A stretch of DNA of 64,000 nucleotides, from NCBI RefSeq assembly GCF_048593235.1, contig NC_133617.1:743174958-743238957 (forward strand), given 5' to 3'. Made by a program: the position numbers and the translations under genes. The DNA is from Sminthopsis crassicaudata (lineage: Eukaryota). Below, piece after piece: positions 47,546 through 60,254 of the stretch. The number at the start of each line of letters is the position of its first letter. Position 1 is the stretch's first letter. Below the pieces are notes generated by a model. It worked only from the letters and a program-made list of their open reading frames with translations, searched no databases and was not told the origin of the DNA.

Positions 47546-49375
47546 GCTTTTAAATATGCATCACTTTCTCAAAGTGGCCTGGACTGGATGACGGACTCCC
47601 CATGGACTGGACCTCCTCCCCTGGAGGCTGGTGCTGAGCTAGGCAGCCTCCAGTCCACCCACCCGACCGGATCACTCATTAGGACCTTGTTAATCCCTCT
47701 TCTTCCCATGAGACTTTCAGTCAGTCTGCTGACTGACCAGCTAGTTGTCCCTCATGACAACCTTGCTACCAAGATCGCCCCAGCTTTGCAGAGGAGACAT
47801 TGAGGCAGAAAGGGGGGGGTACTTGATGCAGGGTCATCCACAGCTAGCCAAGGTCGAGAGCAGGATTTGCACCCAAGCCCAGCCTCCCTCTAGTCTCCCC
47901 ACCGTTCCTCGCTGAGGGGCTCTGCTCTTTCTTTCTCAGAAACGCATGGGCCGAGGCCTCCAGAGTGCCCGCTGGGCCAGGCCTGGGCCAAGGATAGGGC
48001 GAGGAGGGAGGTATGGGCTCCTGCCCTCTGCTGCCCCTTTTCTGATTGGGAAATTCAAAGCCCAAATGGACACATGGATGCACAAGCATGTACATACACC
48101 CATACACATGTGCCCATGTGCACAGACATGTGCACACAGAGCAGAGGCAGCAGGAAGATGGTCGGCCCCACAGACTAACGGACTGGTGGGCAAAGCTTTC
48201 CTCAAAGCCAAGCAGCCCGTGGCTAAGGCCCAGCCTGGGGAACTCGCAACTGAGGACTGGCCAGAGACCCCGCCTCAGCAGGGAGCTTTCCCCAGGAAGA
48301 CCTGAACTGCTACTTTCCTGGGGTCTTGGAGAGTTTCCATGACAACCCGGAGGTCAGAGGGTCTGACAGCATTTGTCAAAGAAACATTTGAACCCTGTTC
48401 TTGACCCCAAGCTGCCTCTCAGAATGACACACAAAGCATGAGGGTTTACCAAGTGCTTCACGTGTGTGTTGATACTCCCAACATCCCGTAAGGGGACGAG
48501 TGCAGGGCTATCATCCCCATTTTAGGGAGAGAAAACGGGGTTCAGAGAGCTTGAGGGGCTTGCCCTGAGTCACACAGCCTATACCCGGGGGGCTTGCCAG
48601 CCACTCCCCAAGCTACCTCCTCTTGGCTGCCAGGGGCCCGCTTGGGACCCACTCTGCAGACTCTCCCTGGGAAAGACCATGGGGCACAAACCAGAGCTTC
48701 TCAGGGCTTCTCCTGGGGGACCAAGACTGGCCTGGGGGAACCAGGCTTCCTGTTTCTCTTTGGGTTTTCCTGGTTCTCTCTGCTCAGGTGACTCGGCATT
48801 AAAAGCTCTAAACCCTACAGGTGAGGCTTTAAGCCAAAAAGGCCAAGAGCCTTGATGGCCTCCAGCTGGCTAGCAGACATGCCCTGGCTTCTTGACCTAT
48901 GGCTTTCCAGTGACCGGCCCCAGCTGTGGCCCCTCTGTTTATTTGTCAGTGACTTGGATGGAAACCTGGAAGTCCCAGGGGCGGATGATGCAAAGACGGG
49001 ATGGACCGACGGGGTCCCCAAGAACAGAATCCAGCTGTGCCCCCACAGGCCGGGACCACTGCACCTAAACGTTATGGTCTCCAGACCCTTCTATGCTGTT
49101 AAAGATGACTAAGGAGCCCCCCAGGGAGCTTCTGTTAGGCGGCTTACTAGATCAGAAATTAAAATGTCTCAGTATTATTAGGAAGATCCTCTTGACCTCT
49201 GGAACCTCCAGGATCCCCTCTGGGAGTTGTCAGGTCCAGCCACTGGGCGTCCAGGCAGAGACTTTGCCAGCTGTGATGGAAAGGTTTATACCTGGGCTTA
49301 CAAGGACAAAGTGGGGAAGGCCAGATAATGGTAGAAAGGGCTGGCTGGCTCAATGGTGAACCATGAGAGAAAGGG

Positions 49376-49547
49376 CTGGCCAGCTAATGGGGGACCATGG
49401 GAGAAACACTGGCCAGCTAATGGGGGACCATGGGAGAAACACTGGCCAGCTAATGGGGGACCATGGGAGAAACACTGGCCAGCTAATGGAGGACCATGGG
49501 AGAAACACTGGCCAGATAATGGAGGACCATGGGAGAAAGGACTGGCC
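49376..49547. repeat. 33-bp minisatellite x~5 (CTGGCCAGCTAATGGGGGACCATGGGAGAAACA), intron 1
   Basis: Unit starts at 49376, 49409, 49442, 49475 and 49508, with degenerate flanking copies. Confidence 0.96.
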
Positions 49548-50759
49548 GGCCTACTGGACTGCCAGCTGAGTACCAGCCCACAATCCCTCCTTTCCCCTGC
49601 CCTGACCTGTTGTTCCAAAAGAGGCTACCTCTGGACTCTGGGGGCTACACTGAGGGAGGATCAAAGGCTCCAGAAGGAGGAAAAAGGAGGGCACGGACTC
49701 CGCTCCTCTGCCCCACTCAGGCTTCACCCAGGGACAGCAAGGGAGGGGGCCTTCAAGCCAAAGCAGAGAGAAGCCAGGGCCGGCCACTCTGCCGATCCCC
49801 AACAAACTGGACGAAGGAAGTCCGGATGCTGAGCCTGCAGGAGCACGGCTCTGGGGAGGGAGGGGATGAGGGCCAGGACCCGTCGGTCACGGGACAGATG
49901 GACCAAGCTGGCGGTGCTGGGCCCAGAACCTAAGATGAGAAGCAACGGCAGGAAGTCCCAAAGAGGCTGTTGGACGTGGAGTCGCCCCCTAAAAGTCCCA
50001 ACAATCGGAAAAGTCCCAAAGAGGAATGGGCTGCCCTGGCAGGCCGTGGGCTCCCCGCTGGCCCACGCTGCTCCCACCATCTTGCAGCAAAAGCTGGAAT
50101 GCCAGGGCTGCAGAGGTGAGCTCCGTGTCCAGATGCATGAGCAGAGAGCCTCGAGATAATGTTTCCGGCTCTATGACTTTTGGATACGGCTCCAGGACCC
50201 ACCAGCTACTCCCCTAGACAGGAGCTGGCTCTGCCCTCGACTCTCTTTCAGCATAAAAAGTGCTGGGTTCTGGAAGACCCGCTGATCGCCCCAGGGATGC
50301 TGTCTCAGGAGCATTCTGGGAAGCTCCCGACCCGTCCCCAGTGCCCAGGCTGTGCCCCTGCAGCCCCAAGGCTGTGATGGGCCAGATTCCAAGGGCCCCT
50401 TCCAAACAGTTCAGGTTTGGGGCTTCCTTTCTCAAAGTTGTTCCTCTCTGGAAGGGGGACTTCCTTGTCTTTGGGGGCCCAGAGGGGCCGGCCCTGAGCT
50501 TAGACACGGGTACGCCTGGTTCTCAAATAACCTCCCCCCACAGGACAGGAGGAGATGCTTAAGAAACAAACCAGAAAGTCTTCAGGGGCGGCATCTGTGA
50601 GCCCGAAACACAAGGGCTCCGCAGCCCCCGAACAGCCCTGCCTGGAAGAGGAGAAGGGAGAAGGGCGAGGAAGGAGGGTGGGGAGGGAGCCGAGCCCCAT
50701 CCCGCTAATCCCCCCCCTCTGAGGCCTGCCTGAGACACTACTTGCTGGTCCTGAACAAG

Positions 50760-52420
50760 TCACTCGGCCCGGCAGGGTCCCCATTTCCTCATCTGTAAAT
50801 GAAGGGGCCGGCTCGCGGTCCTTCCCCTCTCCCCGGGGCTCCCCCTGAACCCCTGGAGAGCTCCCTTATTCCTTTCCAGAGGAGGAGCCACTGCCCGCTG
50901 GGAGCTCGGCCAAGGGCTCCGGGAGAGAGACCCCTGCCCCCCCCCTCCAGGCTGCCCGGCATGAGTCCGCACTCCCGGCTGCTCCAGCTGCCCCCCCTTC
51001 CCCCCCCCTGCACTCCCGGCTGCCCCGGACTGTCTCCCCCAGGCTGCCTCCCCATCCCTGGCTGCCCCGGGCTGCCCCCCGCTCCCGGCTGCTCTTTCCG
51101 GGTACACCGTGGGCTGGTTTGGGGCAGTTTCCCCGCGTGGAGCCGGCCCGGGAGAAGGACTCGGGGCAGCTTCGGCACCAAGTTGGGGAGGCGAACGGGA
51201 AGGGCTTTCCGGAAAGTTTGCCGCCGGGCCTAGCCGGCACCGGGGGCTGTTAGCGAGCCTCCTCCCCGGCCGCACGGACCCGTCCCGGGCCGGGGCCTCC
51301 AGCGCCCGCTGTCCTCCGTCCCTCCCTCCCGGTCCGCGCCGGCCCCTTCCCACTCGGGCCGGGAAGGGGAGCGGGAGCCGGGGAGGGGACCCAGAGAGAG
51401 GGAGTGGGACCCGGGACCGGGGAGGGGACCCGGGGAGGGGACCCGGGGAGGGGAGCGGGACCCGGAGAGAGGGAGCGGGACCAGGGAAGGGGGAGCGGGA
51501 CCAGGGAGGGGAGCAGGACGGGGAGCGCACGCATTTAAATCCCCAGCCCGGGGGCCCGGCCCGCGAGGCTGGGGCTCCTCCGGAGGCTGAGAGGAGCCGG
51601 CCGGGGCGGAGGGGCCGCGGGCACTCACCAGCGGGTGTTGTCGTGGAAGTGCTGCAGCACGGCGTAGCCGAAGAAGGAGCCGGCGGGCCCCTGGAAGAGC
51701 ACGGCGCGCTCCGGGGCCAGGTTGTAGGCGGCCGCCCCGAGCGCCAGCGCCGCCGCCCCGAGCGCCGCCAGCAGCGCCCGCAGCCCCCCGGGCCCCCGCA
51801 TCCCGCAGCCCCCGCGCCCGAGCCAGAGCCCGGGGCCCGGCGAGCGAGCCCCTCTGCCCGCGCGTGTCCGGCCGGCGGCCGCTGCAGCTCCGCTCCGGGC
51901 CGGGGCCGAGGGGCGAGCGCCCGGGGAGGGCGGCCGGGAGAGCGCGCGCGTGTCCGGGGCGTGTGTGCCCGGGTGGGAGCGTGGGCACGCGGCCCGGGGT
52001 GGGCGGCAGGGGCTGGGGGCGCGTCCCTCGGGCCGGGACAGTCCCAGGCGCGCTCGGAGATCCCCGCGGGCTCGGGAGCCCACTCTGCGCTCTCTCCGCC
52101 GCTGCTGCCGCTGCCTGCGAGCCGAGCCTCCCACCTCCCGCCCCCCGCCCCCCGCCCGCCCGCCGGGGCTGCGGGGCCGGGCCGGCCAGTCCGGCCGCAA
52201 AGCCTGAGCCACAGTGCCCCCTGCGGGCCGCGCGCTGGCGGGCCGGGGAGGGGAGGCAGGGCTCTCAGGGAGGAGCCTCCCCCACAGTCCGGAGAGCCCT
52301 CCACCCTGCTCAAGCGCTTTCCATTCGCGGCGCCCCCTCTTCGCGGCGCTGGAAAGTTAAAAAGCCCCCGAAGTCCCAGGCTCCAAGGAGGCCCCCCATC
52401 GTCCCCTCCTTGGGCACAGT
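50760..52420 (-). promoter_or_regulatory. ITGA9: CpG island spanning the ITGA9 promoter, 5' UTR, exon 1 and the start of intron 1; TATA-less with clustered GC boxes
   Basis: Very dense CpG and GC content around the ATG. Overlapping CCCGCCC (Sp/KLF) boxes at about 52136-52164. No TATA box seen. The TSS is inferred at roughly 52.0-52.15 kb and cannot be mapped from sequence. Confidence 0.85.
51629..51801 (-). CDS. ITGA9: ITGA9 coding exon 1 (signal peptide and start of beta-propeller): MRGPGGLRALLAALGAAALALGAAA|YNLAPERAVLFQGPAGSFFGYAVLQHFHDNTR(W)
   Basis: ATG at 51801-51799 with G at -3. A hydrophobic leader is followed by YNL..FQGP..SFFGYAVL.HFHDNTRW, which I recognise as the integrin alpha-9 N-terminus. 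Donor TG|GTGAGT at 51628; 173 nt, phase 2. Confidence 0.97.
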
Positions 52421-53599
52421 CACCGAGCTTGGGAAGAGAAGGGCGGGGGGGAGGGGGGAGAGGGCCAGGGTCAGCGCCCAGGACGGGCTCTTCACCTGAG
52501 AAGAGTTCGCAATCTGTGCCCTTGGCTGGGGGAGGGGCGAAATGCCATCCTCCCTTTCACTAGCCTCGGGCTGAAATTTGGCACTTCCTGCCATTCTAAT
52601 GGGCCCAAAGCTCGGAACACTGAAGTGATCCCGGAGCCCAAGAGGCTTAAGAACGCTGGGGGCACGGCTCAGCAGCCAGGAAGATGCAGAGAGCCTGGCC
52701 TTGGAGGCCCACCTGGCCTCCGAGCCTCCCTCTCCGAGCCTCCCCCTCCGAGCCTCCCTGGGAGCTACACTGGATACTACTACTAGGTGGCTCTATTGTT
52801 TCCTCCCATGGAATGTAACCTTGGTGGGGGGAGGAGGTTTCCGATCTCCCCCGCACCTAGAACAAGGGCACGCTGGGTTCTGGATCCCCCTGAGCTCTAA
52901 ATCTGGCCCTGAGACCACAAGAAAGCGGCCAGCTGCTGCCAGTGCCCCAGCAGCTGTCTAAACTGCAGACAAGTGTCTATCCGCCCCGTAAAGGGGAGCT
53001 TCTCCCCTCAAAACCCCCGAGTGCGGCCAAAGCGTGTCAGGCAGAGCTCAAGGAGGGAGGGGGGCAAACATGAAAGGCCCCTTCTCAAGAATCAGCCGAG
53101 ACTCATTTGTGAGCCGGGCCTGTAACGCTTCTGTTTTATCCAGAGCTTGTGCAAGAGTCGCTAGTCCGCGTGGGGAAAGGAAGGGCCCCCCCCCCCCCAC
53201 AGAGTTCCCAATCTGATCAGTGAGCGATGGCTGGGGAGGAGGGGTATTTGGGTTTGGGAAGGGAAGGGACATATCTCCAGGAGGGGAGTGGCGCACCCTG
53301 TGCTTCGACTCCACTTCCAGGCCTGGGTGGGACAGGGAAAGAGGTATGGGGGCTCCTGAGAAAGTGTCTGGGGAGTAAAGGGACGGACCAGGCCTGTAGC
53401 TCTTCAAACATGTATGTTTTCCTATTATTTCACGTCCCCAGACAGATGGCACCATCCGCTCCACCTTTGACTCTGCCCTCTCCTGTACTCCCGCACAGCC
53501 ACCCAGATGGGGCTCTCCCCTCTTCTGGCTGCCCAAAGCCCTTGCCACCGACCCCGCCTCTCCAGACTCACCCAGGCGGTCGCTCATTCCAACTCTTCA

Positions 53600-53766
53600 T
53601 GGCCCCGTTGGGAGTTTTCTTGGCAGAGATACTAGAGCGGTTTGCCATTTTACAGATGAGGAAACTGAGACAAACAGGGTAAAAGTCACACAGCTCTGGA
53701 AAGTCTCTGAGGGCAGATTTGAACTCAAAACCCAGAGTCTTCAGCCCAGTGCTCTGTCCACTGCAC
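53600..53766 (-). mobile_element. MAR1-type marsupial SINE
   Basis: TTTTCTTGGCAGAGATACTAGAGCGGTTTGCCATTTTACAGATGAGGAAACTGAG. Confidence 0.7.
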
Positions 53767-54689
53767 TGTCACCTCGTGATACCATAGCTATAGTTTCCCC
53801 CCCCCCCAGTTGTTCTCCAGCTCTCCCGCCATCCTCCACAAAACTGCCCAGTCTCTGTTGTATTCATTGCCCATTCCCCAGTAGAAGGCAAAGCTAGCCT
53901 GCCAGTGATGGCTCCCACCAGCCCCATCTGGTCCCAGCCTCGCTCATCCCAACTGTTCCCCACATTCACCCTTGGCCGCCAAGGTTCAGCTTGGCCGCTG
54001 CTCCCTCGGTGGGGAGCCCCCCTTGTTAGGACTCTCTTCCCCTGGAATTCTCAAGCACTTAGCTCCTGTCACTCTCTGAACTGGGAGTTAGCTCTTTCTG
54101 TTCATTTCCCATGTTAGAATGGAAGCCCCTCGAGGCCAGGGACCAGGTCATTGTTTTTAATATTTGTATATGACCAACCTCTAAATCAGGACCCGGTATG
54201 TAGTTGGCGATGAATAAATGTTGATGTAATTGAGCAGAATAATCCAAAGTTGATTTATTTTTATTGTTTTTAGTTCTCTTGGACAACCATAATGGGCATA
54301 AAGCGGCCCATCAGAATTGTTGGAATCAACATTTCTCAGATTTGGGATAGAATTTGGACCATCTTCCTGCTGGTCATTGGCCATTTGTGCTTCTTCCTTA
54401 AGAACTGTATTTCTTACTCTTAGCAATTTCTTTTTCAAATTATTTGAGACGTACCAGCGGAGTGCAGGGAGGATGGCAGCAGGTCCTAAGGGGCCCCCCC
54501 TTGGGAAGGGTCTGGCAGTGATCTGGGGTCAGGAGGCAGAAGAACACATTCCCAAGAAGAGGGAACAAGGCAGTCTCCATTCCAGAGGTCCTTCAGTCCC
54601 AACAGGGAAACTCAGATGTAGAAGAATCAATAAATCAATCCATTAAGTACCTACTCTGATAGCTAGGTTACACAGACTCATCTTTTTGA

Positions 54690-54840
54690 GGTCAAATCTG
54701 ACCTCAGACATTTCCTAGCTGTGTGACCCTGGGCAAGTCACTTCACCCTGTCTGCCTCCGTTTCCTCATCTGTAAAATGAGCTGGAGAAGAAAAATCACA
54801 AACCCCTATCGGATCTTTGCCCAACACCAATAGGGTCCTG
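54690..54840 (+). mobile_element. MAR1-type marsupial SINE
   Basis: CAAATCTGACCTCAGACATTTCCTAGCTGTGTGACCCTGGGCAAGTCACTT...TTTCCTCATCTGTAAAATGAGCTGGAGAAG. Confidence 0.7.
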
Positions 54841-54859
54841 AAATTGAATCTGAAAGACA

Positions 54860-55400
54860 AAGCACCTACTCTGCATCAGGAGCTGTCCTAGGTGCTAGGG
54901 GTATGAATAAAGAATGAAACATTGACTCTCAAGGAGCTTACATTCTGATGGGGAAGATGAACATATGTAAGTATAGAAGGAATAAATACAAAGAGAATCA
55001 ATGGAGAGAAATAAACAAAAGTAGCTGTGTGCAAGGGAGTCTGGGAAGGAAACTGATACTTGAGAAAGGAACAAAAGACCAGAGGGATTCTATTAGGCAG
55101 AGATGAAGAGGGAGCGCATCCCAGCCATGGCAGAGAAATGGAGATGAGAGATGGGATAGATTCACAACTGTTACAAATAGGGACAAGGAAGGCGTGACTG
55201 GGGGGTCAGGGGAAGGGACAGGCCAGGATGTGAAGGGGTTCGATTGCCTGAGGAGTTTATGTGTCATGCTCCTGATAATAGGGAGCTACTGATGTTGACA
55301 GGGGAGGGGAAGAAATGGTCAGATATTCACTTCAGGAAAACAACTTGGCTGTTTAGGATAGACTGGCCTAGGAAGACACTTGAGGTAGGACCTAATAGTC
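54860..55400 (-). mobile_element. L2 LINE fragment
   Basis: AAGCACCTACT...CTAGGTGCTAGGG...CTCAAGGAGCTTACATTCT, the antisense L2 signature. Confidence 0.6.
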
Positions 55401-58400
55401 AACCATAGAGTCCACAAATGGGCTTGGGTCCGAAAATGGGGCTTAGCCACCAATGACCAAGAAAAAAACCAAGTTGCTAACTTACGGCAAGTACGGCAGG
55501 AGAGAAGGGCCGGTAAGAAGCCTGGTATGATGCTGAGCCGCTGACCTATGGCTCCACCCCTAAGGGTCCTAAACTCCTGGGCCTTAAAGACAAACCAGGA
55601 TCCCTTTTGCCATTGTCCACAGGTTAGATCCCAAAGGAGCCACAGCAAGTCATTTAAGAAGGTGCCAGTCAGCCAGAGCAAGCTTGGGAAGAAGGGTTTT
55701 TCTGGACTCGCTGACACTGGAGAAAGAGGCTGAGCTTCTAAGGGCTTCTGGGTAGCTTAAAAGCCTCTGGTCCTGGGAGCCACCTTGAAGCCGAGCCCCG
55801 CTCCTGCCCAAGGTGACAGAAGGATTTTGTGGGAGAGCCAGGATCCAAACCCAGCCCGCCTCGCTCCCAAGTCTGATGATGAAATTGGCCCAGCCATCCG
55901 GAAAAAATTTAGCAAGGAGACCAACGATCTGCCCCCTGGGGACACTTTTGGGCCCAAAGCTCAAGAAGAATAGAGTGGATTGTTCCACGGGGACTAAGGT
56001 GGGCGAAGCTGGAAGTCGGGCGTCTCCTGTCTCCCTTTCCTTGCCAACATCGCAGGGAAAACTTCACTTGACAAGGAAAAGAATTGAGAGCAAGGTGGAT
56101 GTGATAGATGGGGCCACTGAGGTAGCTTAAGTTCCTGCTCCGGGGCGGAGCCTCCAACTGATTAAACTCTACTTTGATAAAGAAACCTTTTTTCTTTGAT
56201 TCAGGAAATCCGGAGGAGAGGATTATTTGGTGAATAAGGCTTTGTGTTTGGGGGCTCCGTCTTTTGTTTCCCAAGGATCTGGAAAAAAAAAACCTTGAAA
56301 ATGCACAGATTCGACTGTTAGGGAGGGAGGAGAAGATACAGGAACCTTGATACCCAACCACATTGTGCTTTCAGGGATAAAGCACCCAAGACTCGGGGCT
56401 CTCTGGGGCCATGCAGCCAGCCAGTGCCCTCAGAGGAGTCCCTCCCAGAGCCACATAGCAAGGGGCCAGCCAGGCCTGCTTCCTTTATCTGCTCCTAATC
56501 CACCGGCATTCCCTCACAAATCCAAGCCCCACTCTTTGCCCTCACCCTGACCTCTCCTCCGCCCATCCGGGTTCCCAGGACATCCTTTCTGCCCTAACCA
56601 CCCCCTTGGCTCTCTCTGGGAGCCAGTTAACTCTACGTCCTTTTCCTGAGCCCCGGCCCCTTCTCCTATCACCTATTGTGCCTTAGAGCCTACCCACCAT
56701 CTTCTGTCTCTTCTTTTCACATCCCACTGAAAAATTCCCAAAATTTCTGACTCTTCTGCCAACTCATGTTTCAAAAACTCAAGGGGGCTCTCGCTGCTGC
56801 TAGGCGGTTCTTCTCTGTCTTTCCTGGGAGGTGAGGGACAGGGGGTGAACAGCAGACCAGCTGCCCCCTGAACCCAATATTATCAGATGGACTCATCTTT
56901 TCTAATCCCAAACTCAGGCTTGTCCGTCATTCGTCACTGGGAGGACTGACACTCTAGAGAGTCGATCTCTGGCGTGTCCCCTATTCCACACACTGCCCCT
57001 TCTTTACCTCCATTTCCCCCCACCCTGTATTTCTAGATTTCTGCAGGCACAGCCTCAAATTTAGTCAGAAATTATTTTCCCCAGTTTTGCAATGTAGTAT
57101 GGATTGTTTGGGGGTTACTAGATGCCCACTTGCACAAGGTTCTCTTGTTCGTGAGATTTTAGTTCTGGGTTAGAAGGAACCTCAGGGACCCTCTGGTCCA
57201 GACCCCCCACACACACCTTTTTTGGAATTGCACAAAATGAGGCCCAGAAGTCACGTATGAAGTCTTGTGTTTGTGGCAGAGCTGGGATTAAAACCAGAGC
57301 CTTTAATTCACCATCAGCACCCTTTCCACTGCCCCCAGCCCCCAGGGAGTCTGGAAAACCATTTTATCTGGCAAAGGGTTTAAGGGATCTGTAAACAAAC
57401 CACTTGGAAAGAGAGAAGGACACGCCTGAGCTCACGGGGCAGGCAGGGGCTGAGAAAGTTGGGGAGGAAGGGCAGCCCTCAAATTCCAGCCTGGACCTCT
57501 CCCCACTGGGAAGAGGAAAAGTGACTTCTCCTGAAGATATTTCGAGCAATCGACTCTTAGCTTTCCTCCAGGTGACTTGACAATTCACACTGGGCCAACC
57601 TTCCATGTCTCTGACAAAATTGGAACTGAAAGCAGGAGCAAATCATTCTTCATTCATCTGCATCCATCTCCCACATCAATCCCTCCTTCCTCTGCACACT
57701 CACTGTGCTAAAGCTGGGCCAGGGTCCCGGGAAGGGGGAGGGGGGACTAGACCTCAGGGGAGGTCCAAGACGGAATGCCTTCTGTGACCTTTACCGCCCA
57801 TGTAACCATGGATGACTCAATTAGACAAAGATTGATTTAAGCACCCCCTACGTGCCAGTTCTGGGATTCAAATCCTACCTCAGATGCTGATGGCTACCTG
57901 TGTGACTATGAGCAAACACCAGAGATAAAAGGACAAAGATAGAACAACTTCTGTCCTCTGATCCTTACTTCTATTTGAAGAAAGGGGTGAAGGAAGTGGG
58001 ACACAACTGGTACATCAATAGGAAAATAAAAAATATATGTAAAGTGATACAACGTAAGCTCAGGAGGAAATCATTAAGAGAGGGTAAAATCAGGGCAGGT
58101 CACTTAACCTTTTTGCCTTAGTTTTCCCATCAGCAAAATGGGGATAATGAAGACCTTACAAGAGGGGAACAACGGAGAATAAGTGAGCCAATATTCATAG
58201 AACAAATTGCAGACCTAAAAGCTACTATGCAAACATTATTCACAGGCCAGCATCTGTTATCAAGACTGAAAAGGTAAAGTCTAAGGAACATTAACAAAAT
58301 CCTCTCTGAAAACTAAGCCAAAAGTAGCACACATTCATTAAGTGACTACTGAATACAAGATATCAGTCCAGGTCCTAGAGGTGCAAGAACTCTATACTCT

Positions 58401-58537
58401 GGTAGTGGAGCCTGTAAACTCCTGGAGGTCAGGGAGTGTCCAGTGTCATCACCCCAACACCTAGCACAGTTCCTGGCACAGGATATGCAAGATATAAATA
58501 TATTTTGCTCTTCGGACCGAGTGATGCACAAAATCTG

Positions 58538-59023
58538 TGATTTGGTGTAAAGTTCTTGAATTGTGAGGGTCTGGTTGAATGCTCAATTATAATCCTTCTC
58601 TGGGAGGAGATCTGTAAAATCTTTTCCTCTGGGCGCAGGTTTCTTGGGAGCTCTGAATCTCCTCCAGCTCTTGTCCTTTCTCAAATCTGACTGGTCTCCT
58701 TTCAGCCTGCCTGGCGTCAAAACTCTATCCCAGAGTGATTCTCTCAGACCCAATGCTGCCCTTCTTTTATCCTCCCAGAGAATAGGCAGGTGAGAATACT
58801 TCCACCAATGAACTTGCTCCTCTTAGAATTCCTAAGGTGTAAACTCCCTTTAAAGGCCCGAACCAAAGGTCTGAGCCAGAGAACTGTCAAGTCAACCTGA
58901 GTTCTCCCCTTGTCACTATCCAGACAACCTGAGTTCTCACCTTGTCACTATCCAGACAACCTGAGTTCTCACCTTGTCACTCACTATCCAGACAACCTGA
59001 GTTCTCACCTGGTAATCCTAACA
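58538..59023 (-). mobile_element. Solo LTR of an endogenous retrovirus (486 bp) with an internal 32-bp tandem repeat
   Basis: TG...CA termini and a perfect 5-bp TSD ATCTG at 58533-58537 and 59024-59028. The U3-like tandem repeat is at the high-coordinate end, and a TATA-like GATAAAAG lies on the minus strand near 58765. Orientation is inferred; no canonical polyA signal was found. Confidence 0.8.
58893..59010. repeat. 32-bp tandem repeat (CAACCTGAGTTCTCACCTTGTCACTATCCAGA), about 3.5 copies, inside the solo LTR
   Basis: Unit starts at 58893, 58925, 58957 and 58993 (one 4-bp TCAC insertion). Confidence 0.95.
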
Positions 59024-59384
59024 ATCTGGAGGAAGGGATTAGAAGCTGAGGGTCTCAGGAAGGGTTGCGTTCAATCTGAGCCTTGAAGAAAACTAGGATT
59101 TTGAAGGGGAGGATAAGGGAGAGGGAAGGTATTCCAGGAATAAGGGCCAGCCTGTGCAGACCTGGAGATGGGAACATAGTGTTTTGGGTGAGAAAGAGAA
59201 ATGGGCTGGTATAGCTAGATCAAAGAGGGAGCAAAGGAAAGATAGGAAAGGGTCAAAATACCAAATATAGGGAGCCCCTGACACTCACGGAAGGTGCAGG
59301 AGAGAGAGAGGGTGAGACAGATCTGATACTGTGTTTAATTGGAGCAAAAAGTAGAGGCTCTCCAATAGATTTTTGAAGGAACAT

Positions 59385-59740
59385 GCCATATGCTTCCAGA
59401 GGGAGAACTATGGACACTGAATGTGGATCGAAGCATAATAGTAGTTTGTTTGTTTTTCTTTTTTTTTCTCTTTTGGGTTTTTTGTTTGTTTTTCTTTATT
59501 TTCTCTTTTTGCTTTTTTTCCCTTTTGGTCTGACTTTTCTCACACAACATAACAAATATGGAAATATGTTTTAAGAGACTGCATATGTTTTACCTATATC
59601 AAATTGCTTGTTGTCTCTAAGAAGGGGGAAGGTGAGGGAGAAAGAAAGAAAAATTTTGGAACACAAAGGCTTCCAAAAACGAATATGGAAAACCATCTTT
59701 ACAAGAGTATTTGGGACTGAGAAAAAAAAATAATGTAAAA
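59385..59740 (+). mobile_element. L1 3' UTR fragment
   Basis: Shares GAACTATGGA.ACTGAATGTGGATC and the T-rich block with the 47.2-kb copy; ends TTTGGAACACAAAGG...AAAAAAAA. Confidence 0.75.
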
Positions 59741-60254
59741 AATAAAAAAGAGGAATAACTTGGGACAAGGTGGAAAGTGGATAGATGCAGTTCTGGGAAA
59801 AGAAGGTTTGCATTTGAAGCCCTAGGTCTGCTGAGCAGGGAACTAATATGGTCAGTGTTATGCTTTAGGAAAATACGCAGTAGTCGTGACTGAGTGGAAG
59901 AGAAAGAGATGGATACGAGAAGTGATATTTCTTGTCCCTTGGTAAGTTGGGTAGACTGCCAGAAATGTATAGAAAAGGGTACAGCGTACTTAATACCATG
60001 TGGGGCACACAGTAGGTACTTAATGAATGTTCATTCCCTACCTTTCCCCCGATCAGAAGCCTCACATCTATGTGTCAGAACATCCTGGTGCTGCCAAACA
60101 CCAAAACTGAACTTGGCCACCACATCATCACGGCCAGGAAATAACTGATTAGCATCAGGGAATCATTTCAAAATCGGCTCAGCGTGTGCGGTTGATGAGT
60201 TTGTGACCTGCACCTCATCACCGGGAGATCTCTCACTGGTTAAATCAATTTTTC

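Noticed and set aside
51802-52212. In-frame upstream extension of ITGA9 from a GTG codon
   Set aside because: An open frame is expected in a GC-rich 5' UTR. An extension would displace the signal peptide from the N-terminus, and there is no positive evidence for it.
50760-52563. Long ORFs over the CpG island (517 aa minus, 484 aa plus, and others)
   Set aside because: They are Pro/Gly/Arg/Ala-rich with non-ATG starts and no recognisable domain. Stop codons are simply rare in such GC-rich DNA. Only 51629-51801 is supported as coding.
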